DNA from: Acidobacteriota bacterium
GTDB taxonomy: Bacteria; Acidobacteriota; UBA6911; JACQSX01
Assembly: GCA_036507075.1 (NCBI GenBank)
Contig: DASXQR010000152.1
Location: forward strand, 91,189 to 155,188
Direction: 5' to 3'
Length of the DNA: 64,000 nt
Both the position numbers and the translations under genes were made by a program. Under the pieces are notes generated by a model. The model had not been told where the DNA came from. It searched no databases and saw only the letters and a list, made by a program, of their open reading frames with translations. Shown here one piece after another: positions 41,310 through 51,509 of this stretch. Each line of letters begins with the position of its first letter. Within the stretch, counting starts at the first letter, position 1.

Positions 41310-42074
41310 ATGTTAAAGAATCGCATCTGGTTCGTTTTCGCCGCCACTCTATTGCTGCTTCCGATCGGGTTTTTCGCACAAGTCAAGGAGAGGCGCGAGG
41401 CTGCCACCGCCTTACCTCCCGGCATCACGGCTGAGCAGTATCAGGAGCTGAAGAAGGCGAGCACCGGAAATATCGCCGACGCGGTGGATGAGGCCACGGG
41501 ACATCGCGGCTTCATGTTTCATGACATGAAGCCGATCTTCAAAGCCAAGATCATTGGCCCGGCCGCCACTGCCGTTTTGCGGCCGGTGCTGAAGACTGAC
41601 AGCCGTAATTATCCCAACTATGCGCTGCAGGTTCTTGACGAGGCTGCTCCGGGCAGCGTGATTGTGTACGTGTTGGAAGACGGCCTGGAAACAGCAGGGA
41701 TCGGCAACCTGATGTCCACCACCGGTAAGGTTCGGGGACTGGCCGGAGCCGTAATTGACGGCGGCGCGCGCGATGTTGACGAAATTGAGCAGATCGGGTT
41801 TCCGGTATTCAGTCGCAGCATAACGCCGGCAACGTCGGTGGGACGCTACGTAAGCGTTTCGAAACAAGTTCCGGTCATCTGCGCGGGTATCGCGGTTCGG
41901 CCGGGAGACATTGTTGTCGGCGACGTGACCGGCGTTGTAGTCGTGCCGAGGGAAAACCTGCCTCAGGTTGTGGATTTGCTGCGCCAGTACGACAGCAAAG
42001 AAACAAAGATGATCCCGATCATCAACGAAACCCGGTCGATGTTGAAGGCGCTCGAAAAATATAACCGGTACTGA
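41310..42074 (+). CDS. RraA/HMG-aldolase family protein with signal peptide
   Basis: TGNIADA, GAVIDGGARD, VRPGDIVVGD. Confidence 0.88.
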   Translation: MLKNRIWFVFAATLLLLPIGFFAQVKERREAATALPPGITAEQYQELKKASTGNIADAVDEATGHRGFMFHDMKPIFKAKIIGPAATAVLRPVLKTDSRNYPNYALQVLDEAAPGSVIVYVLEDGLETAGIGNLMSTTGKVRGLAGAVIDGGARDVDEIEQIGFPVFSRSITPATSVGRYVSVSKQVPVICAGIAVRPGDIVVGDVTGVVVVPRENLPQVVDLLRQYDSKETKMIPIINETRSMLKALEKYNRY

Positions 42075-42077
42075 ACC

Positions 42078-42520
42078 ACGGTTAGCGGGTTTCCGGGTTG
42101 CGGGTTTACGAGTTGCGGGTTTACGGGTTGCGGGTTTGCGGGGTTGCGGGTTTACGGGTTGCGGGTTTCGGGTTTACGGGTTTCGGGTTGCGGGTTTGCG
42201 TAGGTTACGGGGTTTCGGGTTTCGGGTTACCGGTTACGAATTACAACGAGTTACGAGTTACGAGTCGAAGAGTTTACGAGTTGATGAATCAAAAAATTCC
42301 CAAATTCTAAATTGAAAGCCATGAGACTCCGCGGAATTTGTAATTTCAATGTGACTCCTGCTTGAAACTTCAATTTTAACTTTGAATTCTTCAACTCGTC
42401 AGCTCGTTTCAACACCGTAACCCGCTGTAACCCGCAACTCGAAAACCCGTAAACCCGCAACTCGAAAACCCGCAACCCGCAACTCGAAAACCCGCAACCC
42501 GCCAACCCGTTAACTCGTAA
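42078..42520. repeat. Large inverted GGGTT(G/T)C-type 7/8-mer arrays around an AT-rich core
   Basis: G-rich arm about 42078-42283, C-rich arm about 42392-42520. Confidence 0.9.
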
Positions 42521-42537
42521 CGCGCGAGCCCGCGCGC

Positions 42538-43425
42538 TTATTGTTTCCCGAGCTTCTTCTTCAAATACTCCTCATATTCTTTTTTAAGTTCAGGATCTTT
42601 GGGAGACGGATAAAGATCGCTGGACTTGTACTTGCCGGTGAGGAGTTTGGCCTTGGTCCATTCGTCGTGAATATGAGTCGTTTCCGCCTTGGTCACGATC
42701 TCCTGTACAAACTGAGGAGGGATGAAATAGACCCCTTCCCGGTCCCCGAGCACCACATCTCCCGGCATCACGATGGCGCTCCCGATGCGAACCGGTATGT
42801 TTACTCCTGTCAGCATGACGTTGCCGATAGCCGAAGGGTGCACGTTGCGAAAGTATGCCGCCATCGGTATCTCAAAAATACCCGTCAGATCTCGAATGGA
42901 ACCGTCCACGACAAACCCGGTCCTGGTGGCGGCATAAATCGCGCTGGCCAGGTTATCGCCGACGATGGTGCCATTTTCCACCTTCCCGAAGAGATCCACG
43001 ACCAGCACATCCCCGGGCTGCAGGAGGTCGATCACGCGCTGGTTGGCGTTATTCCCCAGCCCCTTTGCTTTGGCATCCGCCTCGCTGACTTCCGCCACAT
43101 CGGCGCGAAGCGGCATGAAATGTGCCGTGACCGCGCGTCCCACCAGCTTCCTTTCCGGGTGGAGAATGCGCCAGTTTCCTTCGTACTGGTTGATAAACCT
43201 GGCTGATTGGAGCACCGGAAAAACCTCCTCCAGCGAAAGGCCTTTCACCTTGTCCAGCAGTGCATCGGGAACCTTGGGCCGTCCGTCGGGAAATCGATCA
43301 AAGGGGTTTTTGGCGGTGTACTTGATCATGTCCTCGCGCGACAGCGTGAATAATTGCGCGTGGCTCGTTAGAATCGTGACGAATGCGATGGCCAGGACGA
43401 GGGAAAACCTGAATCCGTTTGTCAT
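42538..43425 (-). CDS. RraA family protein with signal peptide
   Basis: GRAVTA, VVDGSIRD, VMPGDVVLGDREG. Confidence 0.88.
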   Translation of the reverse strand: MTNGFRFSLVLAIAFVTILTSHAQLFTLSREDMIKYTAKNPFDRFPDGRPKVPDALLDKVKGLSLEEVFPVLQSARFINQYEGNWRILHPERKLVGRAVTAHFMPLRADVAEVSEADAKAKGLGNNANQRVIDLLQPGDVLVVDLFGKVENGTIVGDNLASAIYAATRTGFVVDGSIRDLTGIFEIPMAAYFRNVHPSAIGNVMLTGVNIPVRIGSAIVMPGDVVLGDREGVYFIPPQFVQEIVTKAETTHIHDEWTKAKLLTGKYKSSDLYPSPKDPELKKEYEEYLKKKLGKQ

Positions 43426-43515
43426 GATAGGCTCCGCTGAAAGTCTTGTTAAGGATGGACCTGAGGGAGAAAATAATAACACCTGCTGCATAGGAAACCG
43501 AGTGAGTTGTCCTGG

Positions 43516-43562
43516 CTTGGTGTCTTGGTGGTTAATTCTTTTTCAACCACCAAGACACCAAG
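43516..43562. repeat. CACCAAG-type inverted repeat
   Basis: Arms read directly. Confidence 0.75.
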
Positions 43563-43595
43563 CCGGAAATTATCATCTGGAGAAGTAAGACGAAG

Positions 43596-44789
43596 ATGCG
43601 AGAAATGATTCTCATCCTTCTTTCGATTTTTTCGCTCGCTCTGTTAAACAGCAGCGGCATGCGACCGCCTGCGGAGTTTCGCGAGCACACGATCGCCAAC
43701 GGCCTGCGAGGGGGTTATCAGGTTGTAGCGACGGATCTCAACCACGACGGAAGAATTGATTTGATTGCGCTCGCCAGCGGGATGAAGGACCTGCTCTGGT
43801 TTGAGAATCCCGGCTGGGAGCAGCACGTGCTGGCTTCCGGCCTTTCCCGGATGATCAATGCAGCCGCAGCCGATACGGATGGCGACGGAATACCCGAAGT
43901 TGTCGTGGCCCGCGAGTTCTCAAACGATCCGGCGAACAGCGCCGGGATAGTGTCGCTTCTTACCCATGGCGCCGACGTGCGAGCGCCCTGGTCGGTGACG
44001 GAGATTGATCGACTCCCGACTTCACACCGACTGCGCTGGGCTGATTTCGAGCATACCGGGCGGAAAGTGCTGGTGAACGCGCCGCTGGCAGGCGCGCTCT
44101 CCAAGGCGCCGGATTACCGGGACAAGGTGCCCCTGGTGTTCTATCGCCCGGGCCGGTCGTGGAAAAGAGAACTGATTTCTGACCGGATTGAAGGTGTGCT
44201 GCACGGGATTTTCGTCACCGACTGGGATCGCGATGGACGCGATGACCTGCTGGCCGCCAGTTTTCTGGGAATCGATCTGTTCCGTCTGAACAAGCAGGGC
44301 GCCTGGACAGGCACCACGCTTGCCGCAGGCAATCCTGAGCCCTGGCCGAAGTCGGGCTCCAGCGAGGTGGCCGTAGGAGAGCTGGGAAAAGAGAAATTTC
44401 TTTGCACCATCGAACCGTGGCACGGGAACCAGGTTGTTGTCTATAAAGCGGCGGGCGATTCCCGCGCATCGCGGCATTCCAACGATGCGCGCGCCTGGAA
44501 ACGCAGCGTAATTGACAATTCGCTCAGCGATGGTCACACGCTGCTGACTGCTGACTTCAACCGGGACGGGCGAGACGAAATCATTGCAGGATTCCGGGGC
44601 AAGGGACAAAGCGTCTATCTCTACTGGGCGGATCAAAACAGCGCCTGGACGCGCCGCACTCTCGACGACGGCGGAATCGCGGCCGCCGGCTGCGCCGTCG
44701 CGGATCTTAACGGTGATGGATTCCCTGATGTCGCCTGCATCGGATCGGCGACGGCGAATTTGAAGTGGTATGAGAACGTGGGGAAGTAG
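43596..44789 (+). CDS. Exported FG-GAP/VCBS beta-propeller (aldos-2-ulose dehydratase-like)
   Basis: Several DxN/DxDGxxD repeats; PTSHRLRWAD, IEPWHGNQVVVY. Confidence 0.82.
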   Translation: MREMILILLSIFSLALLNSSGMRPPAEFREHTIANGLRGGYQVVATDLNHDGRIDLIALASGMKDLLWFENPGWEQHVLASGLSRMINAAAADTDGDGIPEVVVAREFSNDPANSAGIVSLLTHGADVRAPWSVTEIDRLPTSHRLRWADFEHTGRKVLVNAPLAGALSKAPDYRDKVPLVFYRPGRSWKRELISDRIEGVLHGIFVTDWDRDGRDDLLAASFLGIDLFRLNKQGAWTGTTLAAGNPEPWPKSGSSEVAVGELGKEKFLCTIEPWHGNQVVVYKAAGDSRASRHSNDARAWKRSVIDNSLSDGHTLLTADFNRDGRDEIIAGFRGKGQSVYLYWADQNSAWTRRTLDDGGIAAAGCAVADLNGDGFPDVACIGSATANLKWYENVGK

Positions 44790-44793
44790 CTTT

Positions 44794-44946
44794 TTCACCA
44801 CAAAGACGCGAAGGACACAAAGCAGGACGAGGGGCAGACAGAGTTCGGTCAGGTCTCAAAGCCAACCGTGGCAGCGTGCACTGAGGTGGCCGGACTCTGT
44901 CTGCCCCTCTTCTTACTTTGTGTCCTTCGTGTCTTTGTGGTGAAAA
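44794..44946. mobile_element. Hairpin MITE-like element, copy 3 of 3
   Basis: Same architecture as 15522 and 34851. Confidence 0.75.
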
Positions 44947-45020
44947 TTCATACGAGACCGCTTAGAATTTGCCCCAGCGGGACGAATATCCACGTTCACC
45001 ATAAAACAAGGAGGTCGGTC

Positions 45021-46388
45021 ATGGATCGACGCGACGTACTTCGCATCCTTACCAGTGGAGCCACTGTCGGGGGGGCCGGGTTGTTTTCACAGGCCAGCCC
45101 TCTTGCCGGTCTCTGGGCCCAGGCACAACCGTCCGGCGCGCGCGGCCTGCCCGCCTTGAAAATCACCGACATCAAAACGATTCTCACCGCCCCGAACAGG
45201 ATCCGGCTTGTGATCGTCAAGGTTCTGACCAGCGAGCCGGGTCTCTATGGCCTGGGATGCGCCACTTTCACCCAGCGCGCCTACGCCGTGCAAACTGCCG
45301 TCGAACAGTATCTGAAGCCCTTTTTGATCGGCCGCAACGTCGACGAGATCGAAGATATCTGGCAGTCATCCTATGTGAGCTCCTATTGGAGAAACGGACC
45401 CGTGCTGTTCAATGCGATGAGCGGCGTCGATATCGCTCTGTGGGACATCAAGGGCAAGCGGGCCAACATGCCCTTGTACCAGCTTCTGGGTGGAAAGTGC
45501 CGCTTTGGCGCGGATCTGTATTTCCATGCCGCCGGCAAGGACTTTCAGGAAGTTGAAGAGCGCGCCCGCGAAGCAATGGACAAGGGCTATCGTCACATTC
45601 GCATTCAAGTGGGCGTTCCGGGCATGGCAACCTACGGCGCGGGAAGCCGTCCCGCCGATACGACAACCGACGAACCTGCCGGACCCACCAATCCGAAAGC
45701 AATCTGGGAGAGCAACTCCTACGTACGCACCCTTCCCAAGCTGTTCGAGCACATGAGAACCAAGCTCGGCGAAGAGGTGCAGCTTCTCCACGACGTGCAT
45801 GAGCGCGTTACTCCCTATCAGGCTGTGAACCTGTGCAAGGAGGTCGAGAAGTATCATCCTTACTTCATCGAAGATCCGTTGCCACCCGAAGAAAACGAGC
45901 ACTTTCGACTGATCCGCCAGCAGTGTGCCACTCCCATTGCCATGGGCGAGTTGTTCAACACCCAGCACGAGTACGTGCCGCTTATCGCCAACCGCCTGAT
46001 CGACTTTATCCGGATCCACATATCTCAGATCGGCGGTTTGAGCATGGCGCGCAAAGTTGCGGCCCTTTCGGAATTCTTCGGCGTTAAAACAGCCTGGCAC
46101 GGGCCGGGCGACGCTTCTCCTGTGGCGCACGCGGCGCAGCTTGCCCTGGAGCTGGCCAGTTACAATTTCGGCGTACACGAAGGTTATGTGTTTCCTCCCG
46201 AAACGCGCGAAGTTTTCCCCGGATGCCCGGAAACACGGGACGGGTACATGTACGCGCGGGAGGCTCCCGGTCTGGGAATGGATATTGACGAAAAGCTGGC
46301 AGCCAGGTTTCCATACCCGCCCGGTCGCACCTTTGATTACAGTTGGGGCACCACTCGCAGGAAAGATGGAACTGTAATCCGGCCGTGA
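45021..46388 (+). CDS. RspA/mannonate-dehydratase-like enolase superfamily enzyme with Tat leader
   Basis: MDRRDVLR, YWRNGPV, LLHDVHER, IEDP, MGELF, WHGP; AGGAGG RBS. Confidence 0.9.
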   Translation: MDRRDVLRILTSGATVGGAGLFSQASPLAGLWAQAQPSGARGLPALKITDIKTILTAPNRIRLVIVKVLTSEPGLYGLGCATFTQRAYAVQTAVEQYLKPFLIGRNVDEIEDIWQSSYVSSYWRNGPVLFNAMSGVDIALWDIKGKRANMPLYQLLGGKCRFGADLYFHAAGKDFQEVEERAREAMDKGYRHIRIQVGVPGMATYGAGSRPADTTTDEPAGPTNPKAIWESNSYVRTLPKLFEHMRTKLGEEVQLLHDVHERVTPYQAVNLCKEVEKYHPYFIEDPLPPEENEHFRLIRQQCATPIAMGELFNTQHEYVPLIANRLIDFIRIHISQIGGLSMARKVAALSEFFGVKTAWHGPGDASPVAHAAQLALELASYNFGVHEGYVFPPETREVFPGCPETRDGYMYAREAPGLGMDIDEKLAARFPYPPGRTFDYSWGTTRRKDGTVIRP

Positions 46389-46389
46389 G

Positions 46390-46531
46390 GAATTCGCAAT
46401 GCGGAAGGGGAAGGCGGAAGTGCCCTTTGTGCACTTTATGCCTTTGTGTTGAATTGGAATTAACCACAAAGGCACAAAGGACACAATGCCCGCCTTCCAT
46501 TCTGCATTCCGCATTCCGCATTCGGCATTCC
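46390..46531. repeat. GCGGAAT heptamer arms enclosing a CACAAAG-type inverted repeat
   Basis: Nested arrangement read directly. Confidence 0.75.
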
Positions 46532-46556
46532 CATCAGCACTAAAGGAACACCACCC

Positions 46557-48236
46557 GTGACCTGGTCTCAAAACTACGACCCTCTTCACTTCTGGCCACT
46601 GTCCACTGCGGTGTCGGCGCTGCCGGTACTCACCTTGTTTTTTGTCCTGGTGGCCTTGAAAAAGCGAGTCTGGATTTCTGCGCTCAGCGGAATGCTGGCA
46701 GCCATCGGTCTTGCATTACTCGTTTTCCGAATGCCGCCCGTGCTGGTATTGACCGCCGGAATCCACGGTGTGATCTTTGGAATGCTGCGCATTGCCTGGA
46801 TCATTGTGGCGTCGATTTTTCTCTACAACATTGCCGTCGAGACCGGCCAATTTCAGGTGATGAAGGATTCCATCGCGGGCCTCTCTTCCGACAAGCGGCT
46901 TCAATTGATCCTGATCGCGTTCTGCTTTGGCGCGTTCCTGGAGGGGACGGGCGGCGGCGGCGCGCCGGTGGCCATCGCCGGCTCATTTTTGATCGGCCTC
47001 GGTTTTGGGCCGTTTGAGGCGGCAACGCTGTGCCTTCTTGCCAATACCGCGCCGGTCGCCTGGGGCGGTGTCGGTAATCCGATCCGGACGCTCAGCGGCG
47101 TAACCGGGTTGTCGGAAGTCACGCTGAGCGCAATGACGGGACGCATCCTGCCGATCATGTCCTTAATTCTTCCGCTGTGGCTGGTACGCAGCATGGTCAA
47201 CTGGCGGCGAACACTGGAAGTATGGCCCGCGCTGCTGGTAAGCGGACTCTCGTTTGCCGCCATGCAGTTCTACTGGTCCAATTACCAGCCGTCGCAGTGG
47301 GGCCTGGTAGACCTGATCGCCGCCATCTTCTCGCTGCTGGTGATGGTTGCATTTCTGAAAGTGTGGAAGCCCAGGACGATATTGGAGACTGGCGCCCCGG
47401 CCGAGCCGGACGGACGGCCGCAGCCGCCCTCGGAACCTGAAACCGGCGCGTCCCGGCGCGCGCCGGCGCCCAGGCATTCAGTTGGAGTGGTGCTGAAGGG
47501 CTGGTCGCCTTTCATTCTGGCGACAATTTTCATCTTCATCGCCGGTATGCCTGAGATCAACAGATACCTGCGATTCTCCAGCTTGCTGCAACCGATGCCC
47601 TACCTGCATGGCGTCGTGCTGAAGGTTCCGCCGGTTGCTCCCGCACCTTCTCCCGAGAGCGCCATCGTGGACCTCAATTTCTTTTCGCTGCCGGGAACCG
47701 CCGTCTTTTTAGGCACCATCCTGGCAGCGCTGGTTCTTGGCCTGAAGCCGGGCCGAATATTCCATATTTTCGGCCAAACGGCGCGACAAATGATTCCATC
47801 CCTGCTGGCTATCAGTTTTATGGTGGGTCTGGCGTACGTGACCAAATATTCCGGCATGGACACGGTGCTCGGCCTCAGTCTTACGCGCACCGGGATGCTC
47901 TTTCCTTTCTTTGGAACAATGTTAGGCTGGCTGGGAGTGGCTTTGACTGGAACGGACGCAGGGTCGAACGCGCTTTTCGGCAATCTTCAAAAAGTGACCG
48001 CCGAGCAGCTGGGCCTTAGCCCCATCCTGATGGCTTCAGCCAATTCCAGCGGTGGCGTGATGGGAAAGATGATTGACGCACAGTCGATCGTTGTTTCCAG
48101 CACTGCAACCCAGCAGGTCGGCAACGAAGCGGCCATCTTCAAGGCCGTGTTCAAGCACAGCATCATTTTGGCGTCGATGATCGGGTTAATCGTGACCTTC
48201 TACGCGTTTGTTATTCCCCAGATTATTCCGCGTTAA
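46557..48236 (+). CDS. lctP: L-lactate/glycolate permease family transporter
   Basis: WSQNYDPL, FGAFLEG, ANTAPVAWG, TGTDAGSNALFG, GKMIDAQSI. Confidence 0.9.
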   Translation: MTWSQNYDPLHFWPLSTAVSALPVLTLFFVLVALKKRVWISALSGMLAAIGLALLVFRMPPVLVLTAGIHGVIFGMLRIAWIIVASIFLYNIAVETGQFQVMKDSIAGLSSDKRLQLILIAFCFGAFLEGTGGGGAPVAIAGSFLIGLGFGPFEAATLCLLANTAPVAWGGVGNPIRTLSGVTGLSEVTLSAMTGRILPIMSLILPLWLVRSMVNWRRTLEVWPALLVSGLSFAAMQFYWSNYQPSQWGLVDLIAAIFSLLVMVAFLKVWKPRTILETGAPAEPDGRPQPPSEPETGASRRAPAPRHSVGVVLKGWSPFILATIFIFIAGMPEINRYLRFSSLLQPMPYLHGVVLKVPPVAPAPSPESAIVDLNFFSLPGTAVFLGTILAALVLGLKPGRIFHIFGQTARQMIPSLLAISFMVGLAYVTKYSGMDTVLGLSLTRTGMLFPFFGTMLGWLGVALTGTDAGSNALFGNLQKVTAEQLGLSPILMASANSSGGVMGKMIDAQSIVVSSTATQQVGNEAAIFKAVFKHSIILASMIGLIVTFYAFVIPQIIPR

Positions 48237-48250
48237 TCAGCGCGTTTGGC

Positions 48251-48405
48251 TTTGTGCCTTGGTGTCTTGGTGGTAGATCCTTTTTTTAACCACCAAGACA
48301 CCAAGCCAGCTTAAGTACGTCCCAGGCGATTTCCCAGCCGAAGCTTGCAACCTTCCGCATTCCGCCTTCCGCATTCCGCTTTCCGCCTTCCGCATTCCGC
48401 ATTCC
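48251..48405. repeat. CACCAAG-type inverted repeat followed by an ATTCCGC heptamer tract
   Basis: Read directly. Confidence 0.75.
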
Positions 48406-48437
48406 CCTTCCAAACTGATATTCTTGCCATCGAGCCC

Positions 48438-49241
48438 ATGTATCCCGTTTTCCTCAAAATCGGATCGATCACCATTTATACGCATGGCGTGCTTACGGCG
48501 GCGGCATTTCTGGCCGGAATCTGGCTGGCGACGCGTCATGCCCGCGAATATGGCCTGGACGTGGAGCGAATGAATGAGCTTTTCATCTACATCCTGGTCT
48601 CCAGCATCATCGGAGCGCGTTTGTTTTCTATTCTCTTCGATGGAGAGTTTCGCTGGTACCTGGCTCACCCCGCCGACATGTTGAAGGTCTGGCAGGGAGG
48701 TCTGGTCTGGTACGGCGGCTTCATTTTCGCTGTGACCGCCGGCCTACTCTTTATTCGTCTCAAACGAATGCCGCTGGGACTGACTACGGACGCTCTGGCG
48801 CCGGCGATTTCGCTGGGACAGGTACTGGGCAGAATCGGTTGTTTTGCGGCCGCGGATTCCTGGGGAAAACCGACCAAGGTCCCGTGGGCAATTACATATA
48901 CACATCCCGAAGCGCTGGCGCCGTTGAATGTACCGCTGCATCCAACCGAGCTGTACATGATCATCGGAAACCTGATCGTCTTGACGGTACTGCTGCTGTT
49001 GCGGAACCGCAAGAAGTTCGACGGGCAGCTCTTTTTGACTTACGGACTGCTCTATTCGATCAGCCGCTTCGTGATTGAGTTTTACCGAGACGATCCGCGC
49101 GGAATGTGGTTCAACAATCTTCTGTCGACGGCCCAGATTATCAGCATTTTGTTCTTCTTTACCTGCGCCGCCATCTGGATGTTTAGACGCAAGGCGGGAA
49201 CGAATTCACCACAGCGACACAGAGGCGGAGAGACGGCCTGA
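48438..49241 (+). CDS. lgt: Prolipoprotein diacylglyceryl transferase
   Basis: IGARL, GGLVWYGG, GRIGCF, HPTELY, RFVIEFYR. Confidence 0.93.
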   Translation: MYPVFLKIGSITIYTHGVLTAAAFLAGIWLATRHAREYGLDVERMNELFIYILVSSIIGARLFSILFDGEFRWYLAHPADMLKVWQGGLVWYGGFIFAVTAGLLFIRLKRMPLGLTTDALAPAISLGQVLGRIGCFAAADSWGKPTKVPWAITYTHPEALAPLNVPLHPTELYMIIGNLIVLTVLLLLRNRKKFDGQLFLTYGLLYSISRFVIEFYRDDPRGMWFNNLLSTAQIISILFFFTCAAIWMFRRKAGTNSPQRHRGGETA

Positions 49242-49343
49242 GGGCCGTCTCAGCTTGGCAGGACACCGCAGAGAGACGGCCCTCAGGCCGTCTCTCCTTG
49301 ACTTTTGGTTGCGGCTTCGCCGCGCTAAGTCTCTGTGGTGAAT
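49202..49343. repeat. Nested inverted repeat overlapping the lgt 3' end
   Basis: Outer AATTCACCACAG/CTGTGGTGAATT and inner GAGAGACGGCCTGAGGGCCGTCTC pair. Confidence 0.75.
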
Positions 49344-50129
49344 TTATTTTTTTTCCAGGATCGGCTCGTCACAGTAAATCGCGCCGATCCACTCCCATCC
49401 TCCCTTGATAGGTTGCATCAGAAAGTAAATATAGTTGTAAGGGATGCTCCAGCCGCGCGTCTCCAGAACATACCAGCCCTCCTGGTATGGAAATTTCCTG
49501 ATCGACGGCGCCACGCGGATTTTGGGCGAAAAGTTCTCAGAGAGAAAGGCTGACATCTCTTCCATGTCCGAATTCAGATACTCACTCTGGCAGGCCCCAA
49601 GAAAGAAATTCACCTTGCTGGCAAATTTCTCCAGCGCTGTGAACTCCTGAAGGCGGATGGACCGGGTGAGAATCCGCACCAGATGGGAAGCAGAGCGAAC
49701 CATCCACGACCGGTCACTGGAGAGCCAGATCAGCCGCCGGCGAGCGAATTCCGCGTAGCGGTCGCCGATCTCATCCTTTTCATCCGGGTAATCAAGAATT
49801 ATCTTTTGGAAAATCTGGCGCGCGCGAAGCGAATCTCTGGTTTCGAAACACTGGCCGATGCGCAGCAGGTAAGCAGCCACATTTGAAATCATCTTCCTGT
49901 CGCGCGCGCGGCTCAGCCATTCCTGCGCCGGATCACAGAGGCCATTTTCCAGATAGCCGTCAATCAAATCGCGAACTGCGCGCTCCACCACTTTGGGATC
50001 CTGGCTGGAGAGGATCATTGCTTTCAGCCTTTCCTGATCATCCACAAGCTGTCTCGACTGGGCCGCGAGAACATCGGGAAGGAACAACGTGGCAAGTGCG
50101 AAAGCGAATAAAAGACCTGCCGATCTCAT
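49344..50129 (-). CDS. Exported TPR-like hypothetical protein
   Basis: Signal peptide; AAYLLRIGQCF...ARQIFQKIILDYP TPR-like motif. Confidence 0.7.
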   Translation of the reverse strand: MRSAGLLFAFALATLFLPDVLAAQSRQLVDDQERLKAMILSSQDPKVVERAVRDLIDGYLENGLCDPAQEWLSRARDRKMISNVAAYLLRIGQCFETRDSLRARQIFQKIILDYPDEKDEIGDRYAEFARRRLIWLSSDRSWMVRSASHLVRILTRSIRLQEFTALEKFASKVNFFLGACQSEYLNSDMEEMSAFLSENFSPKIRVAPSIRKFPYQEGWYVLETRGWSIPYNYIYFLMQPIKGGWEWIGAIYCDEPILEKK

Positions 50130-50316
50130 TGCAAGTCAGAATTAGTGAGTGGTGAAACTCAATTGAATAATGCGGATTCTTTCTGCGCGGACGGAGCTCA
50201 GAAGCACGTTTCTTTTCTTTTGCGATCCCGCTGGTAAAGTTATCATAGTTCGGACTTGGAAAAAAATTTTGTGAACCGCTGATCGGTTTTTGCAATCTAT
50301 TGCTAGCGAGGGTTTT

Positions 50317-51504
50317 ATGACTTTTTCGAGCAGGATTACCGTGCTGTTTTTCAGCATAGGGTCTCTGATGGCCTTTCCGCAGTACCTGGCCCGCTTTACC
50401 GCCGATCCGTTGAGCTCTCCGAATTTCAAGGGCCGCTGCGCCACCTGTCACATTGATCCCAAGGGGGGAAGCCCGCGGAATGAATTCGGCCAGGCTTTCG
50501 AAGCCAACAACTTCACCATTACACCCGATCTGCGCGCGCGCTTTCCGGAGCGCTTTCAATATCCGATTCAAGTTGTCGACGCCCATACCGAGGTCCATTT
50601 TGCCGATCCCTCCAACAAGGCGGTGGTACTGAAAAGCGATGGCAAGGTTACGCTTATCGATCCCTCAGCGCCGCCCACAGGAGGCGCGCCGCAACCAGTA
50701 GCAGCAGCGCACACTGCTCAAGCGGCGCCGTCCGGGGCTGTCTCTGACTGGGAAAAGCCGATGCAGGATTCAAATCGTTGGATTAATCTGCCCCAACCGA
50801 TGCCGGTTCACTTCAAAGATATGAATTTTCTGGTGCAGCATCGCTTCAGCAGACCGCTGTTTCACGCCTCCATGAAGGACCTGTTCGGCCTGGACAGCAC
50901 CGCCAACATCGCATTCGGGTTCGACTATGGAATATGGAACCACCTGATGTTGTCGGTGTACCGCGCGCGCACCGAGCGCACCCTTGAAATGAGTCTTACG
51001 GCCGACCTGCTCCATCAGAAACATGAAGACCCGATTTCACTGGCGGCCCGGGTCGGCATCGAGGGCCAGAACAACTTCCAGACCTTTTTTTCGCCGCACG
51101 TCCAGTTGATGGCCGAGCGCCGGTTTGGCAGATATGTGACGGCGCTGGCGTCGCCTTCGATCGTTTTCAACAGTCAAAACAACCAGTTGTTCTTTTTCAG
51201 GGACATCGCCACTAATCCGGATAAGGACTATACGCTCAATCTCGGTCTGGGTCTGGCGCTCCAGTTCAGGCCGTCACTTGCGCTGGTCGGCGAGTATGTG
51301 CCGCGCCTGTCCGGTTTCCGCGGTTATACCACCGATCGGCCGGCGGTATCGGTCGCACTGCAGAAGCAGACCTTCCATCACGTCTTCAGTCTGGTAATAT
51401 CAACTTCAAACGAATTGTCCCCTGCCCGCTACGGTCCAAATGTGGGGCCGGACACAGACAACCGATTCAAGATCGGTTTCAATATCTTCAGGAAGTTACG
51501 ATAG
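50317..51504 (+). CDS. CXXCH heme domain fused to a DUF5777-like outer-membrane beta-barrel
   Basis: [37 protein letters not shown]; ends [11 protein letters not shown]. Confidence 0.75.
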   Translation: MTFSSRITVLFFSIGSLMAFPQYLARFTADPLSSPNFKGRCATCHIDPKGGSPRNEFGQAFEANNFTITPDLRARFPERFQYPIQVVDAHTEVHFADPSNKAVVLKSDGKVTLIDPSAPPTGGAPQPVAAAHTAQAAPSGAVSDWEKPMQDSNRWINLPQPMPVHFKDMNFLVQHRFSRPLFHASMKDLFGLDSTANIAFGFDYGIWNHLMLSVYRARTERTLEMSLTADLLHQKHEDPISLAARVGIEGQNNFQTFFSPHVQLMAERRFGRYVTALASPSIVFNSQNNQLFFFRDIATNPDKDYTLNLGLGLALQFRPSLALVGEYVPRLSGFRGYTTDRPAVSVALQKQTFHHVFSLVISTSNELSPARYGPNVGPDTDNRFKIGFNIFRKLR

Positions 51505-51509
51505 ACCTC

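Noticed and set aside
42098..42505. Low-complexity ORFs over repeat arrays (also 3142-3446, 16450-16752, 48237-48668)
   Set aside because: Translations of short-period repeats, with no coding evidence.
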